A program made the translations under genes and the position numbers. From the IMG/VR virus record IMGVR_UViG_2565956631_000008: a stretch of 17,914 nucleotides of DNA. One strand, written 5' to 3'. Shown here piece after piece: positions 1 to 8,803 of this stretch; within the stretch, counting starts at the first letter, position 1, and each line of letters opens with the position of its first letter. The stretch comes from a virus. Its lineage: Duplodnaviria > Heunggongvirae > Uroviricota > Caudoviricetes. The notes under the pieces are model-generated. The model searched no databases. It saw only the letters and a program-made list of their open reading frames with translations, and was not told where the DNA came from.

Positions 1-759
1 AATCTGCTCCGCCGTCACGTTATGGAACTGCTTCGCCATCGCAATCAGCCCCGACGTCGGGTCAGTGGTCAGTTTTCCGAAAGCCTCTGCAACCTTGTCC
101 ACCTCCACACCGGATGCAGAAGCAAAACGCGCGACACTCTGGTTGATGGCATCAAACTGTTCACCACCACGCACACCGGCATTCACCATGGCTGCCAGTG
201 ACTCACTCGCCTGGTTAAACGTCAGCCCTGCGGCCTGTCCGGCTCTGGAGAGCGTCAGCATGCGATCGGCAGTCAGTCCGGACTGATTACCGGAAAGAAC
301 CAGGGTTTTATTAAACGCTGAAAGCGTGGAATCTCCCTGGTACCAGGCGTACACCAGCGCACCTGTCGCCACCGCCAGCGAGGTGACCCCGACCATCGGC
401 AGGGTGATCGCACCGGCAAGCCCCCTGAACATGGGGATCATCCCGCCGAAGGAGTCCTTCACCTGACCGCCCTGTTGCAGCAGGATCAGCCAGGGATTCT
501 GACCACCGGCAAGCTGCGTGGCGATATCCGTAAACTGTGCGGGCAGGGTTCGCATGGCCGCTTTATACTGCCCGACGGAAATCCCTGCTTTTTGTGCAGC
601 CAGCGCCTGGTGGCTCAGCCCCTGCTCAACGACAGTTGCGGTTTTTCTGGCGTCAGTATCCAGACCTGAAAAATGACGCCTTACCCGGCTCATCTGCTCA
701 TCGAAACGGACCGCATCCAGACTCAGGTCAATAACAAGATCACCAACCGGCTGGGACAT
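1..759 (-). CDS. H: Tail tape measure protein gpH, N-terminal 253 codons only; gene continues past the window start
   Basis: Manual minus-strand translation from ATG (757-759) gives MSQPVGDLVIDLSLDAVRFDEQMSRVRRHFSG...AGGQNPWLILLQQGGQVKDSFGGMIPMF..., open to position 1; near-identical to lambda gpH N-terminus as recalled. Absent from the ORF track because no stop lies in the window. Confidence 0.9.
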   Translation of the reverse strand, partial: MSQPVGDLVIDLSLDAVRFDEQMSRVRRHFSGLDTDARKTATVVEQGLSHQALAAQKAGISVGQYKAAMRTLPAQFTDIATQLAGGQNPWLILLQQGGQVKDSFGGMIPMFRGLAGAITLPMVGVTSLAVATGALVYAWYQGDSTLSAFNKTLVLSGNQSGLTADRMLTLSRAGQAAGLTFNQASESLAAMVNAGVRGGEQFDAINQSVARFASASGVEVDKVAEAFGKLTTDPTSGLIAMAKQFHNVTAEQI

Positions 760-1611
760 ATCTCACACCTCCCGGAATCCCCGCTGAAGCCATCATTAAT
801 GCGGCATCATCCACCATGACATCCGCCACATCCGCAGACGATAAAATATCGCCCCCTCCGTCCCCACCGAACCGGACGCCTCCGGCAAGTCCTGCCGCTT
901 TCTGCATCAGCATTTTGTCCTCATCCGGCCTCTCCACCTGCTCTTCCTCATGCCGGGGGACAAGCAGACTGAAATCAGAGGGATGCATATCCGGATCGCA
1001 AAAAAACAGGCTGAGTACAGCGTACGTCAGCCCGGAAAAATGCATATCCAGCTGGGTATCCTGAAAATAATGCGTGCGGTAAAAACGGTGCCAGTCGGCA
1101 TATTCGGTGGATGTCATCCCGGCAAGCATGGCGCGCCAGTCGGGTCTCCCCATCTCACGCGCCAGTCTGAGGGCAAAGTTCAGCTCACCGTCGAAGACTT
1201 TCCCGCAGAAAAATCATCATCAGTCAGCGTGTTATTTTTCGCCACTTCAGTAATATCAGTATCCGGACGAACAGCTTCGATCATCCCGGACAGACGCAAC
1301 ACCACGTCTTCCGCCCGGGCAATGGCATCAGCAGGCCAGGTGGTGAGCACTTCCTGCTCTATCTTCATCACGGCCTCATTCATTGACGGTGACTGCGTTT
1401 TCTGTGGATGGTTATGCCACAGGGACATCGCCACCAGAAACGCGCCGGTTCTGACAAGATCTTCCACACTCACCTGCAGGTTGCCGCTGGCTTCAGCCTC
1501 TTCTGCCCGCCGTTTCAGGAGGGCAAGATGCTCAATACGCTGCAGCGCAGACAGCTCAGAAAGCGTGACGGATACACCGTTATATTCAAATTGTTCTGTT
1601 TTCAGGAACAT
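740..1611 (-). CDS. T: Tail assembly protein gpGT, made by -1 programmed frameshift from G into the T frame
   Basis: T-frame ORF 740..1153 (MGRPDWRAMLAGMTSTEYADWHRFYRTHYF...) is open upstream to the slippery site; manual translation across the junction gives ...FSAGK / GKVFDGELNFALRLAREMGRPDW..., as in lambda G-T. Confidence 0.8.
1180..1611 (-). CDS. G: Tail assembly chaperone gpG
   Basis: 143-aa ORF MFLKTEQFEYNGVSVTLSELSALQRIEHLALLKRRAEEAE..., very close to lambda gpG; sits between V and T as in lambda. Confidence 0.92.
   Translation of the reverse strand: MFLKTEQFEYNGVSVTLSELSALQRIEHLALLKRRAEEAEASGNLQVSVEDLVRTGAFLVAMSLWHNHPQKTQSPSMNEAVMKIEQEVLTTWPADAIARAEDVVLRLSGMIEAVRPDTDITEVAKNNTLTDDDFSAGKSSTVS
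1198..1204 (-). other. Slippery heptamer G GGA AAG for the G-T -1 ribosomal frameshift
   Basis: Minus strand reads ...TTT TCT GCG GGA AAG TCT...; the GGGAAAG heptamer is in the same register as the lambda G-T site, near the 3' end of G. Confidence 0.8.
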
Positions 1612-1629
1612 CGCTTATCTCTCAGCTCT

Positions 1630-2379
1630 TTAGCTACCCGGCACATTATTAACGGTAATTTCAGCCACCGCAGCAAACTGACCATTACCGGAAATCACAG
1701 GGATGCTGACTTTTCCATCCTTAACCCCCGTCACAGTAATCGTCATATCTTTCACGCTAATGGTGGCTTTTGATGGATCGGCGGAAATCGCCCTGAATGT
1801 CTTATCCGTTGCATTTTCCGGTTCCACAGTAACGGTCAGGGTGGTTGTTTTCCCTTTTGCCACCGTACCGGATGTCGGCGTCACCTTAATCGCACTGACC
1901 GGCGTAATTTTGCTGCGTTCTTCCGCTACAGAAGGTTTACCCACGTTAGTGACTTTCACCGTGCGGGTGATCACTTCTTTCGCCGTCACGGCCTTACCGA
2001 TACTGCTGACCCAGCCACGAAACACATCCACCGTGCCATTCGGAAAACGGATTTTATAGGCCCGGACATCGCCGCTTTCAAACCAGCCTATAAGCCCTTT
2101 CTGACCTTCCTCTCCCGGTTTCCAGGCCAGCGTAAAACTGGTATCACCTGCAGATTTCTGCCCCTGCCCGGTCGCGGTCCAGTCTGCGTCTTCATCATCC
2201 AGGTAGTTATCATCGTAGGATTCTGCCGTCATCTCGCCCGGCGTCAGATCCTTCACCTTAGCCAGTCGCTGCCAGTCAGCGTCTGACAACGGGTTTGCAT
2301 AAGCATCACCCTTGCCGTTGTAAACCCACAGAGTGGTACCGGCACCTTTTACCGGCTCCAGGGGATTTGGTGTTGCCAT
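1630..2379 (-). CDS. V: Major tail tube protein gpV with C-terminal Ig-like domain
   Basis: 249 aa, [33 protein letters not shown]...[14 protein letters not shown]...; near-identical to lambda gpV over most of its length. Confidence 0.95.
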   Translation of the reverse strand: MATPNPLEPVKGAGTTLWVYNGKGDAYANPLSDADWQRLAKVKDLTPGEMTAESYDDNYLDDEDADWTATGQGQKSAGDTSFTLAWKPGEEGQKGLIGWFESGDVRAYKIRFPNGTVDVFRGWVSSIGKAVTAKEVITRTVKVTNVGKPSVAEERSKITPVSAIKVTPTSGTVAKGKTTTLTVTVEPENATDKTFRAISADPSKATISVKDMTITVTGVKDGKVSIPVISGNGQFAAVAEITVNNVPGS

Positions 2380-2386
2380 ATCGTCC

Positions 2387-2782
2387 TCACATCTCGTATG
2401 TAATGGAATAAGTCAGATCCGCAGAGCTCCATAACGCCATATCGTCATCACGACGATACTCATAGCCCTGCGTAACCATCGTGGTAATCAGTCCTGCCAG
2501 TGCCGGGATCGCAGTCATCGCCGGATAAATCCGGCTTTCCATCCACTGATCAAGCTCTGAATCCGGTACCTGTGCCGGTAAAAACACCTCAATATGCAGT
2601 GTGGCCCGCCAGGTATCTGCATCCAGCTCTTCACCGGTATACTCTGCATCCGTCAGATAAACCGCGATCGCAGGAAAATCCTCTTCGTCAAAAACAACGG
2701 GGCGACCATCAAACAGCGTCGCCCCGTGTTCATGCTGCTCGAGTGCATCCAGCACTGCAGCACGGATATCAGTGTGTTTCAT
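2387..2782 (-). CDS. U: Tail terminator protein gpU
   Basis: 131 aa, [54 protein letters not shown]...; matches lambda gpU in length and sequence. Confidence 0.95.
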   Translation of the reverse strand: MKHTDIRAAVLDALEQHEHGATLFDGRPVVFDEEDFPAIAVYLTDAEYTGEELDADTWRATLHIEVFLPAQVPDSELDQWMESRIYPAMTAIPALAGLITTMVTQGYEYRRDDDMALWSSADLTYSITYEM

Positions 2783-3312
2783 CGTTTTATCGCAATCCTC
2801 AGTTGTTGTTTCAGCGCGGATGCCAGTTCTCCGGGCAGGCGTTCACGCCGGATACGGTCAACATTCTCATCAAACGCCTGTTTCAGTGGGGCCGCCATCG
2901 GGATTTTCACCACATCAATAGGGTAACGGTTTTTCCCGGCCACACGCTGCATGACATGCCAGCGACCGTTTTTTAATCGCTGAATGAATGCCCGCTGATA
3001 CCGATGCTGACCGGCTTTAAGTATGCTGTTCGGACGACGGCCCAGCATCCTGATCCCCAGCTTAATCACTGGAAGATCACCGCGGTTAACGATAATTTTT
3101 GCGTTCGGATTTCTGACCGTCGCCCGTTTCAGTCTGGACCGTTCCTTAACCAGTTTCCGGCGTACCTTTGTCTCCCGGGCAACCTGTGATGAAGACTGAT
3201 TAATCGCCGTTGTGGCCACGCGGTTAATCGTCATTGCTGAAGCCGCCGGAATGGCGTTTTTACGAACCCGGCTCAGATTATCAATCGCCTGATCAAGCCC
3301 TTTTATCGCCAT
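2779..3312 (-). CDS. Z: Tail completion protein gpZ
   Basis: 177 aa, MAIKGLDQAIDNLSRVRKNAIPAASAMTINRVA...QRLKNGRWHVMQRVAGKNRYPIDVVKIPMA...; lambda gpZ homolog. Stop overlaps the U start. Confidence 0.93.
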   Translation of the reverse strand: MAIKGLDQAIDNLSRVRKNAIPAASAMTINRVATTAINQSSSQVARETKVRRKLVKERSRLKRATVRNPNAKIIVNRGDLPVIKLGIRMLGRRPNSILKAGQHRYQRAFIQRLKNGRWHVMQRVAGKNRYPIDVVKIPMAAPLKQAFDENVDRIRRERLPGELASALKQQLRIAIKR

Positions 3313-3327
3313 AATTTCCCCCTGCGT

Positions 3328-3681
3328 TTATCGTCGCCGGTTAACAGCGGGTGGTTGCCCACGGTTGAGCCAGAGATAACAGCTTCCCCCGTCATCCGGA
3401 GAAACACGATCCACCCAGAACATCTCGCCGTTAATGGTCAGCGTGTCACCACGCCGCACGGCACGCACCGTATCCGTCCGCACAAATAATGACGGGCTGC
3501 TTCCTTCAATACGGACCCCGCCACCGGCAAAACCCAGCGACTCCGGATCGTCAAAAACCCCCTGAACTTCGCCGCCACGTTGTGCTCCGGAGGTGAACTG
3601 CGCACGGATCCCCATCACTTCAACAATCGTACTGTCCACCCCGGCAAGGGCGGCATCAAAGGCATTCTGAAAATCACGCAT
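3328..3681 (-). CDS. FII: Head-tail connector protein gpFII
   Basis: Internal start MRDFQNAFDAALAG... aligns with lambda gpFII (MADFDNLFDAAIA...); C-terminus ...FWVDRVSPDDGGSCYLWLNRGQPPAVNRRR is near-identical. The ORF-track start at 3717 is a 12-codon over-extension. Confidence 0.9.
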   Translation of the reverse strand: MRDFQNAFDAALAGVDSTIVEVMGIRAQFTSGAQRGGEVQGVFDDPESLGFAGGGVRIEGSSPSLFVRTDTVRAVRRGDTLTINGEMFWVDRVSPDDGGSCYLWLNRGQPPAVNRRR

Positions 3682-4048
3682 AAACAGCCATTCCACCATC
3701 AACGTGTGTTTTTGCATCTGAGGACATAATCAGAATCACCCGACCAACATCCGCAAGCTCAACGGATTCCCCCGTTTCACCATCAACGCCACAGAGATGG
3801 AGGCAGGTCAGAACTCTGATGCGCGTTAACGCGCCGGATGTTTCCTCACGAACATCATGAGCCGCGGTTTCCCGCTCCCGGATATCCATATTCATAACCT
3901 GTACATCATCGCCGGATGACTGCATTTCCTCTTCCCATTCTGCCACCCGCTGCGCTATCTCTGCGGCACTCCCGGATATATCCGGCTCACGCCCCAGAAT
4001 CAGGGCCAGTTCATCAAGCCGTTTCAGATTTTGCTCTTTCGTTGCCAT
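3674..4048 (-). CDS. FI: DNA packaging / head assembly protein gpFI-like
   Basis: Start taken at MATKEQNLKRLDELALILG... (ATG 4046-4048). Position between E and FII and size (124 aa) match lambda FI; sequence similarity is weaker than for the neighbouring genes. Confidence 0.75.
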   Translation of the reverse strand: MATKEQNLKRLDELALILGREPDISGSAAEIAQRVAEWEEEMQSSGDDVQVMNMDIRERETAAHDVREETSGALTRIRVLTCLHLCGVDGETGESVELADVGRVILIMSSDAKTHVDGGMAVYA

Positions 4049-4099
4049 ATCAGCCCCCTGTGAAAAAAGACACGGGGGCATTTCGCCCCCGCTCACGGA

Positions 4100-5128
4100 T
4101 TATTTCACCTGTACCACCACAAACTCATCCGGGTCCGGCAACACCATCAGCGGCGCGGACTGCGTCATGGTAAATTCACGGGCGGGATCCCCTACCGTCA
4201 GCCAGTGTTTCGGATAACGGGAAGAGGCCACCACACCTTCGGACAACGCCTGAGCATCCTGAATGGCACCGTAACAACGGATCCCATCTGCAGCAGTATT
4301 CCCCAGAACCAGCATGCCATCTGGAAGATAACGTTTTTCGATACCGTCTTCTGCTATATAAGACGTTTTCGCCACCACAATGGCCAGATCGCCGTAATAC
4401 CCCTTGAAGGACACCACTGCGCCCAGATCTTTCACTGCCGTTTCGAGTTGAGAATTTGAACCGCGACGGGTATCCAGTTTTTCGCGGAACAGCTTAAAAC
4501 CATTCAGAAGACGCCAGCCGGTACCGTCCATAATGGCAATATTCACAAGACCGCTGGCCTGGTCGCAGTAGAGGTCAATATCATGTGTAGGATCGAACGT
4601 GTCACGATCCTGTTTTGACCACTCCTTACCACTACCCTGAGTGATGTTATTCTTCGTCGACCTGCCAAAATCGACCTCAATTTTCTCGAACTGGTCTCCT
4701 TCCATGGTGTATTTGCCATACAACACAGCATTTACCGCCTGCATTTCTTCCACCTGGACAATGGCGTGCTCTTCCTGTTTGAGGTTATCGGTAATGATAC
4801 GCAGACGGCGGTAAGCCGGATCATTCAGTTGAGATGGATCTTCACCAGGAAGGCGCTCAACCGCCTGCTGGTAATTAAATTCGTGTTTCGGCTTGACGTA
4901 GCCCGGACGCAACACGCGGGTTTCACCACCACGATGGCGCAGCACTTTTCCTTCAACGATCGGGGAGACATAGGCCGCCACCGGCGTTTTTCCGGTAATT
5001 TTGTCCAGCATCACCTCTTCGGTGTGGAAATTCACCGTACGGCGGAAAAACAGCTCCAGAAATAGCGCACGGAATTTAACTTTTTGTTCGGTATAACCGA
5101 GTAACTGGCGGGTCGTAAACAATCCCAT
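4100..5128 (-). CDS. E: Major capsid protein gpE
   Basis: 342 aa, MGLFTTRQLLGYTEQKVKFRALFLELFF...SAPLMVLPDPDEFVVVQVK; lambda gpE homolog over the full length. Confidence 0.96.
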   Translation of the reverse strand: MGLFTTRQLLGYTEQKVKFRALFLELFFRRTVNFHTEEVMLDKITGKTPVAAYVSPIVEGKVLRHRGGETRVLRPGYVKPKHEFNYQQAVERLPGEDPSQLNDPAYRRLRIITDNLKQEEHAIVQVEEMQAVNAVLYGKYTMEGDQFEKIEVDFGRSTKNNITQGSGKEWSKQDRDTFDPTHDIDLYCDQASGLVNIAIMDGTGWRLLNGFKLFREKLDTRRGSNSQLETAVKDLGAVVSFKGYYGDLAIVVAKTSYIAEDGIEKRYLPDGMLVLGNTAADGIRCYGAIQDAQALSEGVVASSRYPKHWLTVGDPAREFTMTQSAPLMVLPDPDEFVVVQVK

Positions 5129-5185
5129 AAATCAGTTCCTTTCATTCAGAAATCAGTCAGGCCACCATGGTGGCCTGATAACGTG

Positions 5186-5533
5186 TTACGGCAGAGCCGC
5201 GTGACTCAGGGCTGTGCCGGCAAAGGCATTTGCCTTTTTGTGTTCATCCACACTTTCAGGCCAGTGGATTGCCTCCGTCGCAAAGGTTCCCGACTTGTAA
5301 TACGTCAGCGCTGTCTCTGTGCCTTCAAGCGGCAGTACCAGTATGCCAACCGCACTACCGGCTTTCTGTCCATCCCAGACCACCAGTTTCCCGGTGGCTT
5401 CATCCAGCATCAGGGGCGTCAGAGCCGGTGTTGCGGAAGAAATCCCGCTGCTGCCTGTGGCGGTATGAGCCGGATCATTACCGGCAAAAATACGTACTTC
5501 CGCACGCTGTTCAGTGATGGTTTTCGTCACCAT
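5186..5533 (-). CDS. D: Head decoration protein gpD
   Basis: 115 aa containing NDPAHTATGSSGIS...PLMLDEATGKLVVWDG...GILVLP...YYKSGTF; lambda gpD homolog. Confidence 0.93.
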   Translation of the reverse strand: MVTKTITEQRAEVRIFAGNDPAHTATGSSGISSATPALTPLMLDEATGKLVVWDGQKAGSAVGILVLPLEGTETALTYYKSGTFATEAIHWPESVDEHKKANAFAGTALSHAALP

Positions 5534-5569
5534 TTTGTTAAAACCTCATATTGATGGTCAGCACTGACT

Positions 5570-6115
5570 TCATGGCATGGCCATGAGCATTTTCACGTCC
5601 GCATCACCGTCTGCTGACGTCTGTGACACGCCACCCCGCACCGCTGCCGGTGAATGATTCGCCATGAAATGTTCAAACAGGGCGGTTGTGGATGCAGAGA
5701 CCGGTTCGGCCTTACCTGATCCCGCAGCCAGCACAGCCCGGGCGTTCTCCACGGTCATTCCCGGGCAGGCCGCCAGTTTTTCAGCCTGCGCTTCTGCCCC
5801 TTTTGCCTCATCCAGGGCCATGATCTGATCACGAAGTGAGGGCCCGGCATCCGCCAGTGGTGCAGCCGCCAGTTGTTCACGACCGTTCGCTTCTTCACAC
5901 GCCATAATGCGATCGGCTTCACTCTGCGCGGATGCCACCGGCTGCTGCGGTGCCGCCGCGGCCAGAATCGCCCGGGCCTGTTCAACGCTCATGCCCTGTT
6001 GCCCTGCCAGCATCGTGGCAAGCTGTTCACGTCCTTTCGCTTCCTGGCATGTCAGGATCCCCATCACTCGCTGGTTCTCCTGCACGGCGGCTTCCGTTGC
6101 AGTTAATTGCGGCAT
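5570..6115 (-). CDS. Nu3: Scaffolding protein Nu3-like, in-frame internal start within C
   Basis: Internal ATG at 6113-6115 (MPQLTATEAAVQENQRVMGILTCQEAKGREQ...) is preceded by a GGAGG Shine-Dalgarno about 5 nt upstream; same nested C/Nu3 arrangement as lambda. Confidence 0.7.
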   Translation of the reverse strand: MPQLTATEAAVQENQRVMGILTCQEAKGREQLATMLAGQQGMSVEQARAILAAAAPQQPVASAQSEADRIMACEEANGREQLAAAPLADAGPSLRDQIMALDEAKGAEAQAEKLAACPGMTVENARAVLAAGSGKAEPVSASTTALFEHFMANHSPAAVRGGVSQTSADGDADVKMLMAMP

Positions 6116-7018
6116 AGTGCCTCCTCTGACATTACTGTTCAGCGCCGTGGCCATCACACTGATGGCATCCGACGCATTGATTAATTCATCCGCCAGCCCG
6201 GCCTCAATGCCGGACTGACCTTCAAAAACGGCGGCCTCTGTTCCCGTGACCGCATCCACAGACAACCCGGTATACATCGCCACTTTTTCGGCAAACATCC
6301 GGTGCGCCGCATCAATCCGCTGCTGCATGTCCTGGCGAACCTCTGCCGGCAACGCTTCAAACTGATTGCCATCCACCTTGTGCGCCCCGGCATAAATCAG
6401 CGTGATATCCACACCGGCCTGCGCCAGATGACCGGCATAGCTGACATGGCTCATCATCACGCCAATGGAGCCGATACGGGATGTCTGGGTAACCAGCCGT
6501 CGGGAGCAGGCCGACGCCAGCAGCATGGCTGCAGAACAGGCAGTGTCATTGCACAGTGCCCAGACCGGCTTCTGCTGACGGAGGCGGTAAATCATGTCAG
6601 CGCAGTCAAACGCGCCGGCGGCCTGCCCGCCCGGACTGTCAATGTCCAGCAGTACGCCCCGCACCTGGCTATCCGCCATTGCCTGCTGAAGACAGGCGAC
6701 AATGCCGTCATAGCCTGTCATTCCGGAAAATGGCCGCATACCGCCCAGCCGGTGCACCAGCGTGCCGGTCACCGGCAGTACAGCAATACCGTTCACCACC
6801 CGGTAAACACGGGCCGGTCGTTTACCTCCGGCCATGTACTCGTCCGTTTCAGCCAGCATTCCGGGAGCATCAAGCTGTACCTGTTGTTGTGGTACCGAAA
6901 GACTTGCTGCCCCTATCTCGCGCCCGAGCGCGCAAAAGAAAACCCGCGCATAGGCGGGCTCCAGAAGCAGCGGTTCATTGAATGCTGCGGCAATAATGTG
7001 TGAAAGATTACGTCTCAC
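5570..7018 (-). CDS. C: Head maturation protease / scaffold gpC (S49 peptidase family), GTG start
   Basis: 482 aa, (M)RRNLSHIIAAAFNEPLLLEPAYARVFFCALGREIG...; strong match to lambda gpC. The start codon is GTG, overlapping the last codons of B. Confidence 0.92.
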   Translation of the reverse strand: MRRNLSHIIAAAFNEPLLLEPAYARVFFCALGREIGAASLSVPQQQVQLDAPGMLAETDEYMAGGKRPARVYRVVNGIAVLPVTGTLVHRLGGMRPFSGMTGYDGIVACLQQAMADSQVRGVLLDIDSPGGQAAGAFDCADMIYRLRQQKPVWALCNDTACSAAMLLASACSRRLVTQTSRIGSIGVMMSHVSYAGHLAQAGVDITLIYAGAHKVDGNQFEALPAEVRQDMQQRIDAAHRMFAEKVAMYTGLSVDAVTGTEAAVFEGQSGIEAGLADELINASDAISVMATALNSNVRGGTMPQLTATEAAVQENQRVMGILTCQEAKGREQLATMLAGQQGMSVEQARAILAAAAPQQPVASAQSEADRIMACEEANGREQLAAAPLADAGPSLRDQIMALDEAKGAEAQAEKLAACPGMTVENARAVLAAGSGKAEPVSASTTALFEHFMANHSPAAVRGGVSQTSADGDADVKMLMAMP

Positions 7019-8600
7019 GTGGTGTTGTCTCCTCTTCCGGCCTGCGACTCTCCGCTATCTGCTGCTGATACGCCTGCGCTATCCACACCGGACGTGAGAG
7101 TCCGGCTTTTTCCCGCTCTGCAGATTCCCTGACCTGCTGGCGGAAAATGTCCTGATAATCCTCGCCCATCAGCGCCAGCTCTTTCTCATACGTGCTCAGT
7201 CCGGCCTCAATGCGCATCACTGATTCCTGAACCTCCTTGAGCCCGTCAATGGCCATTCTTCCGGCTCCAATCCACTCAGCCCGTGACCAGGCTGATCGCG
7301 CCTGATAAAAATCAAAACGTGCCCGTGGCGGACGAATAATCCCCCGAAGAAGTGCCTCTTCCAGCCAGCAGGAAAACATCTGCGTGGCCAGCCGGGACGC
7401 AATAAATTTTCGCCGCCCCATAAAATAGCGCCACGACTCATTGGCGGATGCGCGGGCACTTGAATAACTGACCTTCGAGTAATCACGGGACAACTGTTCG
7501 TAGGAAACGCCAAGACCGGCGGCGATATACCGCAGCAGCGCCTGTTCAAGCGCCGAAAATCCATTGTCTGAATCCTGCGCGGTCTGAAGTTTCAGATCAT
7601 CACCGGGGAAAAGGTGCGGAATTTTGACACCGCCCAGCGTCACGCTATTCGTGTCATACCAGGTGGAGAACTTATCCAGAATATTAATAAGCGGATTATC
7701 CTTCTGCCCCTGCGGCGCACCGGCGATATATTCAAAGGCCTTTTCGGTATCAAGGTCACTTTCAATCGTCGCTGCATACATCGCCTTCACTATGGCCGAC
7801 TGAAGCTGTGTTGCCTGCAGGGAATCGAGCATCTTCAGCCGTTCCATAACGCTGTAAAACTGATTAGCCCCACGGGTCTGCCCGTCCTCCACCGGCTCGA
7901 AAATATGCAGCATGGCCGGACGCCCGGTGGGAAGTTCACGCGGGATCCGTTCCCATCGTCCACTCCCGGAGAACGGAAAATCATCCTCACAGATATGGTA
8001 CGCAACGGCACGACCATATCGATCGACCTCCACCCCGGCCCGCAGAAAACGGTTCCCGATACCATGTCCTGGCGTGTCCACCCGTTTCGGACTCACGGCT
8101 TTAAAACGCGTACGAAACAGTTGCGTGCTCTCCGGATCCCAGACCGGCTGCACAAAGATTTCGCCGTTAAACGCATGAACGCCCACACCTTCACGAATAA
8201 ATTCTGTAAACGTGCGTTTCCCTTCCACGTCGATCTCGCCAAACACCCCTTCTGCGTATTCTGACCAGGCCGCCTCCACCTCATCGACAAAACTTTTTGT
8301 CGCGGTCTCCCGCATCCCCAACCAGCGCCAGTTCGGGCGGTAGCTGATAAGAAACATATGCCCGACAATGTGATCCTTATGCAGGGCCACCGCATTGGCC
8401 GCTATCCCGTTATTGCGCACCAGATCATCTGCCCGGGCATTCCCCAGACGCAACGCGGGCAGCAGGGCCGCATCGGCACTCTGCGCCGGTGGCAACCACT
8501 CCGCCATTTGCCCGCCAAATCCTGCGCCGCCCCCGTTGTAGCTGAGGCTCTCCCGAAGCGGAACGCCGTTCACATCAATCAGGACAGGCGTTCGTTTCAT
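7008..8600 (-). CDS. B: Portal protein gpB
   Basis: 530 aa, MKRTPVLIDVNGVPLRESLSYNGGGAGFGGQ...FEPVEDGQTRGANQFYSVMERLKMLDSLQATQLQSAIVKAMYAATIES...; lambda gpB homolog. Confidence 0.96.
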   Translation of the reverse strand: MKRTPVLIDVNGVPLRESLSYNGGGAGFGGQMAEWLPPAQSADAALLPALRLGNARADDLVRNNGIAANAVALHKDHIVGHMFLISYRPNWRWLGMRETATKSFVDEVEAAWSEYAEGVFGEIDVEGKRTFTEFIREGVGVHAFNGEIFVQPVWDPESTQLFRTRFKAVSPKRVDTPGHGIGNRFLRAGVEVDRYGRAVAYHICEDDFPFSGSGRWERIPRELPTGRPAMLHIFEPVEDGQTRGANQFYSVMERLKMLDSLQATQLQSAIVKAMYAATIESDLDTEKAFEYIAGAPQGQKDNPLINILDKFSTWYDTNSVTLGGVKIPHLFPGDDLKLQTAQDSDNGFSALEQALLRYIAAGLGVSYEQLSRDYSKVSYSSARASANESWRYFMGRRKFIASRLATQMFSCWLEEALLRGIIRPPRARFDFYQARSAWSRAEWIGAGRMAIDGLKEVQESVMRIEAGLSTYEKELALMGEDYQDIFRQQVRESAEREKAGLSRPVWIAQAYQQQIAESRRPEEETTPRET

Positions 8601-8803
8601 AACCTCACTCCCAGCGGACGACGGCGACGGCGGGTTGTCCCCAGTACCAACTCAGCATCATTGATCGCACGGTTAAGCTCATCCAGAGAGGCCGCCGTAT
8701 ATTCAATTCTTCGTCCATCTTTCTGGACAGACACCACCCGTTTACCGGTTAATAAATCAAGGCGCGCCTGACGCAGCGCCTGCAGTTCAGCGACTGTAAC
8801 CAT
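8597..8803 (-). CDS. W: Head-tail joining protein gpW
   Basis: 68 aa, MVTVAELQALRQARLDLLTGKRVVSVQKDGRRIEYTAASLDELNRAI...; same length as lambda gpW and clearly similar. Confidence 0.93.
   Translation of the reverse strand: MVTVAELQALRQARLDLLTGKRVVSVQKDGRRIEYTAASLDELNRAINDAELVLGTTRRRRRPLGVRL

Noticed and set aside
65-286. Plus-strand 73-aa ORF at the window start
   Set aside because: It lies inside the minus-strand tape measure gene H, whose translation is near-identical to lambda gpH.
950-1633. Plus-strand ORF of 227 aa, and similar long plus-strand ORFs (1703..2059, 2500..2976, 6302..7003, 6556..6981, 7614..8264, 9591..10265)
   Set aside because: They lie antisense to strongly supported lambda-like structural genes on the minus strand and have low-complexity, Arg/Pro/Ser-rich translations with no RBS context. 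These are typical antisense artefacts in GC-rich coding DNA.
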